DNA of 64,000 nucleotides, taken from NCBI GenBank assembly GCA_035268985.1, contig DATFJV010000078.1:315-64314 (forward strand), read 5' to 3'. The translations under genes and the position numbers were made by a program. The number at the start of each line of letters is the position of its first letter. Position 1 is the stretch's first letter. Origin of the DNA: Anaerovoracaceae bacterium. Its GTDB lineage: Bacteria > Bacillota > Clostridia > Peptostreptococcales > Anaerovoracaceae. Positions 59,142 to 64,000 of the stretch are shown here, piece after piece. The notes below the pieces were generated by a model that worked only from the letters and a program-made list of their open reading frames with translations, was not told the origin of the DNA and made no database searches.

Positions 59142-61130
59142 TTATTCTTCCTCAACAGATTCTACAATTTCTTCTGCAGGTTCATCTTCAGCAGGATCAT
59201 CTTCAGCAGGCTCATCACCTGAAGCATCTTTTATGCTTAAACTAATACGTTTTCTATCAACATCTAGTTCAAGTATTTTAGCTTCTACTGTCTGTCCTAG
59301 TTCTAATTCTTCAGCTACATTGCTAACTCTTTTATTAGCAATCTCTGATATATGTACCAAGCCATCTAAACCAGCTTCTAGTTCAATAAATGCACCATAT
59401 TCTTTTATTTGAACTACTTTACCTGATACTATCTGACCAATTTGATATTTTTCTTCGATAACAGTCCACGGCTCAGGCATTGTCTGTTTTAGACCCAATG
59501 AAATTTTCCCTTTTTCTTCATTCATAGCTAATATCTTAACGTGGATAATATCGCCTATTTTCAGAACCTCTTGTGGGTGTTTTAATTTGCCCCAAGATAT
59601 TTCAGAAATATGCAATAGTCCATCTACGCCACCAATATCAACAAATGCTCCGTAATCAGTAAATCTCATTACTTTACCTTCAACAATGTCATCAACATTT
59701 AGGTTAGACCATACTTCCGCAATTAACTTACGTTTTTCTTCTAAAAGCACTGCTTTATGTGAGAAAACTGCCCTTCCTCTTCTCATATCAACTCTAGTTA
59801 CTTTTACATCCATAACTTTACCGATATATTCATCAGCTTTTTCAACATACTTATCTGAAAGCTGTGACAAAGGAATAAATCCAGTTACTTCCTTATATGC
59901 TGCTATTACTCCACCGTTTACGGCTTTGATTAGCTTCACACTAATACTAGATTTATCTTCTAAAGCTTCATTTATTTCATTCCAATTTCCATTGATTTCA
60001 AGTTTTTTCTTAGATAAGATGATTCCACCATCTCCATCATCAGTTTTAACTACTTTTGCTTGGATATCGTCGCCTTCTTTAAATAAATCTTTTAGTTCTT
60101 GGCCTTCCTCAAGGGAGACCTCTTCTTTTGGTATAATACCATCTTTCTTGCATCCTATGTTTACGATAATTTCATTATCTGTAACCTGATGAACTTTACC
60201 ATCTACAATTTCCCCACCTCGTGGTAATCTTAAAGATTTGTCAATTTCATCCATTAAATCCAACATAGGATTCTTTTCAAAGTTTTCAGTGATATTTTCA
60301 CTCATGCTAGCAATAACCTCCTTAATAATGCATTCAGGCGTCGAGGCGCCTGCTGCAACTCCTATTTTATTACATTTTTGCAAATCTTTCAATGGCAAAT
60401 CAGAAATATTTTCAATAAATTTTGTATTTAAACAGTATTTGCTAGCTATTTCGTACAATTTCTTGGTATTTGAACTATTATAACCACCAATAACTACCAT
60501 GCAATCCACTTCCTTAGATAGTTTGGCACAACTTTCTTGTCTTTCCTTTGTAGCATTGCATATGGTATTTTTTAATTCATACCCTACTTGATTATTATCA
60601 AAGATTTTGATTACTTTGTCTAACGTATTTTTAATTATAGTAGTTTGACATACTATAAAATAATTATCACCCTCTACTTTTTTTGCTTCTTCTTTTGTTC
60701 CTACTATTATCGCTTTATATTCACACCATCCATTTGTTGCTAAAACTTCAGGGTGATTCTTGTCGCCTATTATAACTATTTTCTTGCCCTCCATATAGGC
60801 TTCTTCCACAAATTCATGGATTCTTTTTACCAAAGGGCATGTAGCATCTATTATTTCTAGATTTCTTTTTTTTGCACTCAAAAATAAATCTTTAGTTTCT
60901 CCATGAGATCTAACAATAATCACTGAACTTTCTTTTGCCAATTCAATATTTTCAATTATTGTAAGTCCTTTATTATTTAAGGAATCTGTAACCGTTTTAT
61001 TGTGTATTAATTGTCCAATTGTATATATATCCCTATCTTTATTAATCTCTAATTGTTCATATGCTATATCTATGGCTCTTTTTACTCCAAAGCAAAATCC
61101 CGAGTTTTCTGCTCTGATTATTTCTTTCAT
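59142..61130 (-). CDS. ispH: bifunctional 4-hydroxy-3-methylbut-2-enyl diphosphate reductase / ribosomal protein S1-like
   Basis: 662 aa; N-terminal ~280 aa LytB/IspH (GFCFGVKRAI, conserved Cys positions) fused to four S1 repeats and an acidic tail. Confidence 0.9.
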   Translation of the reverse strand: MKEIIRAENSGFCFGVKRAIDIAYEQLEINKDRDIYTIGQLIHNKTVTDSLNNKGLTIIENIELAKESSVIIVRSHGETKDLFLSAKKRNLEIIDATCPLVKRIHEFVEEAYMEGKKIVIIGDKNHPEVLATNGWCEYKAIIVGTKEEAKKVEGDNYFIVCQTTIIKNTLDKVIKIFDNNQVGYELKNTICNATKERQESCAKLSKEVDCMVVIGGYNSSNTKKLYEIASKYCLNTKFIENISDLPLKDLQKCNKIGVAAGASTPECIIKEVIASMSENITENFEKNPMLDLMDEIDKSLRLPRGGEIVDGKVHQVTDNEIIVNIGCKKDGIIPKEEVSLEEGQELKDLFKEGDDIQAKVVKTDDGDGGIILSKKKLEINGNWNEINEALEDKSSISVKLIKAVNGGVIAAYKEVTGFIPLSQLSDKYVEKADEYIGKVMDVKVTRVDMRRGRAVFSHKAVLLEEKRKLIAEVWSNLNVDDIVEGKVMRFTDYGAFVDIGGVDGLLHISEISWGKLKHPQEVLKIGDIIHVKILAMNEEKGKISLGLKQTMPEPWTVIEEKYQIGQIVSGKVVQIKEYGAFIELEAGLDGLVHISEIANKRVSNVAEELELGQTVEAKILELDVDRKRISLSIKDASGDEPAEDDPAEDEPAEEIVESVEEE

Positions 61131-62404
61131 TAATCATTCTCCTTTAATTTTTTTAAATGCTCTTTAAATGATCTTTCTGAACCATTTTCACTAGGCTCAT
61201 AATACACAATCTTTTCATTATATAAATTATCTGGTAAATATTGCTGTTTAATATATCCACCATTATCATGGGGATATTTATAGCCTACACCTTTACCTAA
61301 TTTTTTGGATCCGTTATAATGATTATCCATTAAGTGATTAGGAACATCATCTATTTCCCTGTTTTTTATATCTGCCATTGCTCTTCTATATGCCATATAT
61401 GCTCTATTTGATTTTGGCGAAGACGCTAAAAGTATAACAACCTCGCTAAGCATTATTGATGCTTCTGGAAAACCAACCATCATAGCGCCATCTACTGCAG
61501 ATTTAGTAATAGTTAACGCAGTAGGATAAGCCATTCCAATATCTTCAGACGCCATTACCAATAGTCTTCTTCCTATCGTTTTTATGTCTGCTCCACCGTC
61601 TATTAATCTTGCTAAATAATGTATTGATGCATCAGGATCGGAGCCTCTTACGGATTTTTGCAAAGCAGAAAGCAAATTATACATATCATCGGTTTTATCA
61701 TAAAAGCCTATTTTTCGTTGCATAGCTTCTTCTACAACTTTGTTATCAATAACTTCACCATTTTTTAGGTTATCAATTATGAAACCTAAAGTATCCAATG
61801 CAACTCTTGCGTCACCATTTGCTAATTCAGCCATCAAATCCATGGCCTTTTCATCATATTTAAAATCTAGCGAACCAAATCCAACATTTTTGTCTTCGAT
61901 ACCCCTAAATAGTATTTTTAATATATCATTTTTGTTTAATTTTTTAAATTCATATATATTTCTAACCCTGCTAATAACGGCATTATTAATAGCAAAATAC
62001 GGGTTTTCCGTAGTTGAACCAATGAATTTAATAACCCCTTCTTCCAAAGCCTTTAAAAGTGAGTCTTGCTGTAATTTATTCCATCTATGGAACTCATCAA
62101 TATAAACATAAGTTGAACGTTTTTCAATACCATAAAGCCTGTCTTTAGCGTTGTCTATTAGTGTTTTTAATTCCTTTGTCCCTGTAGTGGACGCATTTAT
62201 TTCAACAAATCTACTGTCCATTTCGCTGGAAATTATTCTTGCCAAAGTGGTTTTGCCCGTTCCTGAAGGACCGAAGAAAATGGCTGAATTAAAACTTTTA
62301 TTCTTTATTGAATTATACAGCAGTGATTCTTTATACAAAAAATGTTCTTGTCCTACAAATTCATTTATATCCAAAGGTCTTAATCTAGTTGATAATGGTA
62401 TCAT
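61130..62404 (-). CDS. rarA: replication-associated recombination protein A (MgsA/RarA)
   Basis: 424 aa; Walker A GPSGTGKTTLA, Walker B YIDEFHRWNK, MgsA C-terminal domain. Confidence 0.93.
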   Translation of the reverse strand: MIPLSTRLRPLDINEFVGQEHFLYKESLLYNSIKNKSFNSAIFFGPSGTGKTTLARIISSEMDSRFVEINASTTGTKELKTLIDNAKDRLYGIEKRSTYVYIDEFHRWNKLQQDSLLKALEEGVIKFIGSTTENPYFAINNAVISRVRNIYEFKKLNKNDILKILFRGIEDKNVGFGSLDFKYDEKAMDLMAELANGDARVALDTLGFIIDNLKNGEVIDNKVVEEAMQRKIGFYDKTDDMYNLLSALQKSVRGSDPDASIHYLARLIDGGADIKTIGRRLLVMASEDIGMAYPTALTITKSAVDGAMMVGFPEASIMLSEVVILLASSPKSNRAYMAYRRAMADIKNREIDDVPNHLMDNHYNGSKKLGKGVGYKYPHDNGGYIKQQYLPDNLYNEKIVYYEPSENGSERSFKEHLKKLKEND

Positions 62405-62421
62405 ATTACTCCTTAAATAAC

Positions 62422-62444
62422 AATTCCGGCTAGAAGCCGGAATT
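62422..62444 (-). terminator. rho-independent terminator after eno
   Basis: 10-bp perfect stem AATTCCGGCT/AGCCGGAATT, loop AGA, followed on the minus strand by GTTATTT. Confidence 0.7.
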
Positions 62445-62455
62445 TACTTTATTAA

Positions 62456-63736
62456 TTAAAATACATCTTTTCCTAAATATCTAGCGGAATCGCCTAATTC
62501 CTCTTCGATTCTCAATAACTGATTGTATTTTGCCACTCTTTCAGTTCTCGAAGGGGCACCAGTTTTTATTTGCATTGCATTAACTGCTACAGCTAAATCC
62601 GCAATAGTTGTATCTTCTGTTTCGCCCGACCTATGTGAAATTATAGTAGTGTATCCATTTTTCTTTGCCATATTTATTGTTTCCAATGTTTCAGAAATAC
62701 TACCTATTTGATTTAATTTTATTAATATTGAATTGGCACATCCTAAGTCTATACCTTTTTTGAATCTGCTTGGGTTAGTTACATATAGATCATCTCCAAC
62801 TAATTGGACTTTATCACCCAATTTATCAGTCATCAATTTCCAACCTTCCCAATCTTCTTCATCCATTCCATCTTCAATAGATGCCACAGGATATCTATCA
62901 ACAAATTCAGACCAATTATCCACTAGTTCCGATGCTGTAAATTCCCTTCCAGATTTTGGCATTTTATACATACCTTCTTTATCAGTTTTCCAGCCACTAG
63001 CTGCTGCATCTATTGCAATTACAAAATCATCTCCTGACTTATAACCTGCTGCTTCCACAGCTTTAATTATATAATCCATTACTTCAAATTCATCTCTTAA
63101 ATTTGGAGCAAATCCACCTTCATCGCCTACTGCAATAGAATGACCTTTTGCTTTTAATTCTTTAGCTAACTGATGATATACTTCACTGCACCATCTATAA
63201 GCTTCTTTAAACGTAGGTGCTCCAACTGGCATTATCATAAACTCCTGAACATCAACAGTGTTTGATGCATGTTCACCTCCATTTAAGATGTTCATCATTG
63301 GAACTGGCAAAACATTACCATTAATTCCACCTAAGAATTTATGCAAAGGAATATTAAGAGATTTAGCCGCAGCATTTGCACATGCTATTGATACTGCTAA
63401 TATAGCATTGGCACCCAATTTACTTTTATCTTTTGTACCATCTAAATCCATCATAGCTTTTTCTATAGAATATATGTCAGAGGCATCCTTGCCTTCTAAA
63501 ACGTCGTTAATTAGGGTATTAACATTGTTTACTGCTTTCGATACACCTTTACCACCAAATTTGCCTTTATCACCGTCTCTAAGCTCTAAAGCCTCAAAAA
63601 TTCCAGTTGACGCCCCACTTGGTGTATCACCAATGCCTATTATACCATTATCCAATAATACTTCGGCTTCAACAGTTGGATTGCCCCTAGAATCTAATAT
63701 TTCTCTTCCCATTACTTTAACTATTTTCAATCTCAT
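62456..63736 (-). CDS. eno: enolase (phosphopyruvate hydratase)
   Basis: Trimmed to ATG 63734-63736 ([23 protein letters not shown]) with AAGGAG 8 nt upstream; SHRSGETED motif. Confidence 0.96.
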   Translation of the reverse strand: MRLKIVKVMGREILDSRGNPTVEAEVLLDNGIIGIGDTPSGASTGIFEALELRDGDKGKFGGKGVSKAVNNVNTLINDVLEGKDASDIYSIEKAMMDLDGTKDKSKLGANAILAVSIACANAAAKSLNIPLHKFLGGINGNVLPVPMMNILNGGEHASNTVDVQEFMIMPVGAPTFKEAYRWCSEVYHQLAKELKAKGHSIAVGDEGGFAPNLRDEFEVMDYIIKAVEAAGYKSGDDFVIAIDAAASGWKTDKEGMYKMPKSGREFTASELVDNWSEFVDRYPVASIEDGMDEEDWEGWKLMTDKLGDKVQLVGDDLYVTNPSRFKKGIDLGCANSILIKLNQIGSISETLETINMAKKNGYTTIISHRSGETEDTTIADLAVAVNAMQIKTGAPSRTERVAKYNQLLRIEEELGDSARYLGKDVF

Positions 63737-63807
63737 AATCAGTCTCCTTAATATTAAAATAACAACTCTTAGAATATTATAACTCAATTTAGTTAATAAT
63801 TAAAGTA

Positions 63808-63999
63808 CTAAAGTGACATATTAGCTATTAAAGTTTCTATTTTATCAACAATAATTAAGGTATTAAAGCTATCACTATCCATATCATCTAATATAGAATC
63901 TAACAGTGCTTTTTCGCCATATTTGAAATTTACTGATATTTCATTTATTAAAGTTTTTATTTTTTCATATAATCCTTTATTCTCAAAATCCGGGTAATA
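63808..63999 (-). CDS. 3' end of an unidentified protein gene running off the window edge
   Basis: Open minus-strand frame from the window edge to TAG 63808-63810 (...YYPDFENKGLYEKIKTLINEISVNFKYGEKALLDSILDDMDSDSFNTLIIVDKIETLIANMSL*); no family recognised. Confidence 0.4.
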   Translation of the reverse strand, partial: YYPDFENKGLYEKIKTLINEISVNFKYGEKALLDSILDDMDSDSFNTLIIVDKIETLIANMSL

Positions 64000-64000
64000 T

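Noticed and set aside
63258-63782. 174-aa plus-strand ORF over eno
   Set aside because: It is an antisense shadow of enolase. The same reasoning applies to 14628-15134, 59686-60189, 6580-7014, 49310-49732 and the other 60-140 aa ORFs that lie opposite to identified genes.

Overview
This is an AT-rich bacterial chromosome segment with Bacillota (Firmicutes)-type core synteny. The IspH-S1 fusion, QueH and a flavin-based electron-bifurcation-type operon suggest an anaerobic Clostridia/Tissierellia-like host (inference only). It holds about 50 protein genes, most on the minus strand, plus a 15-gene tRNA array.

Content is overwhelmingly housekeeping: tgt-queA-ruvBAC, argR-recN, comEC-holA, a class A PBP, the priA-def-fmt-rsmB-stp-pknB-rsgA-rpe block, asnA, queH, tdk, yigZ-hflX-codY-hslUV-topA-dprA, trkA-trkH-trkH, rnr, ispH/rpsA fusion, rarA and eno.

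Less routine items:
- a NuoE/NuoF/GltD-NuoG-fusion operon that looks like a Stn-type transhydrogenase
- a YtrA-type GntR/ABC operon next to the ACT + UPF0210 pair of unknown function
- a 1079-aa multi-SH3b/GH73/cadherin-like autolysin directly behind tdk
- two decayed, orfB-deleted IS3-family relics (about 570 bp each) whose internal hairpins now sit where terminators are needed; one relic splits an ancestral bidirectional terminator
- a tRNA-Tyr gene with a C1-G72 first pair

I saw no rRNA, CRISPR array, prophage, intact transposase, toxin-antitoxin pair or recognisable defence locus. I did not find a convincing wholly new multi-gene system. The findings are second-look items with modest interest scores. 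All calls come from reading the sequence and ORF translations by eye; no searches were run.
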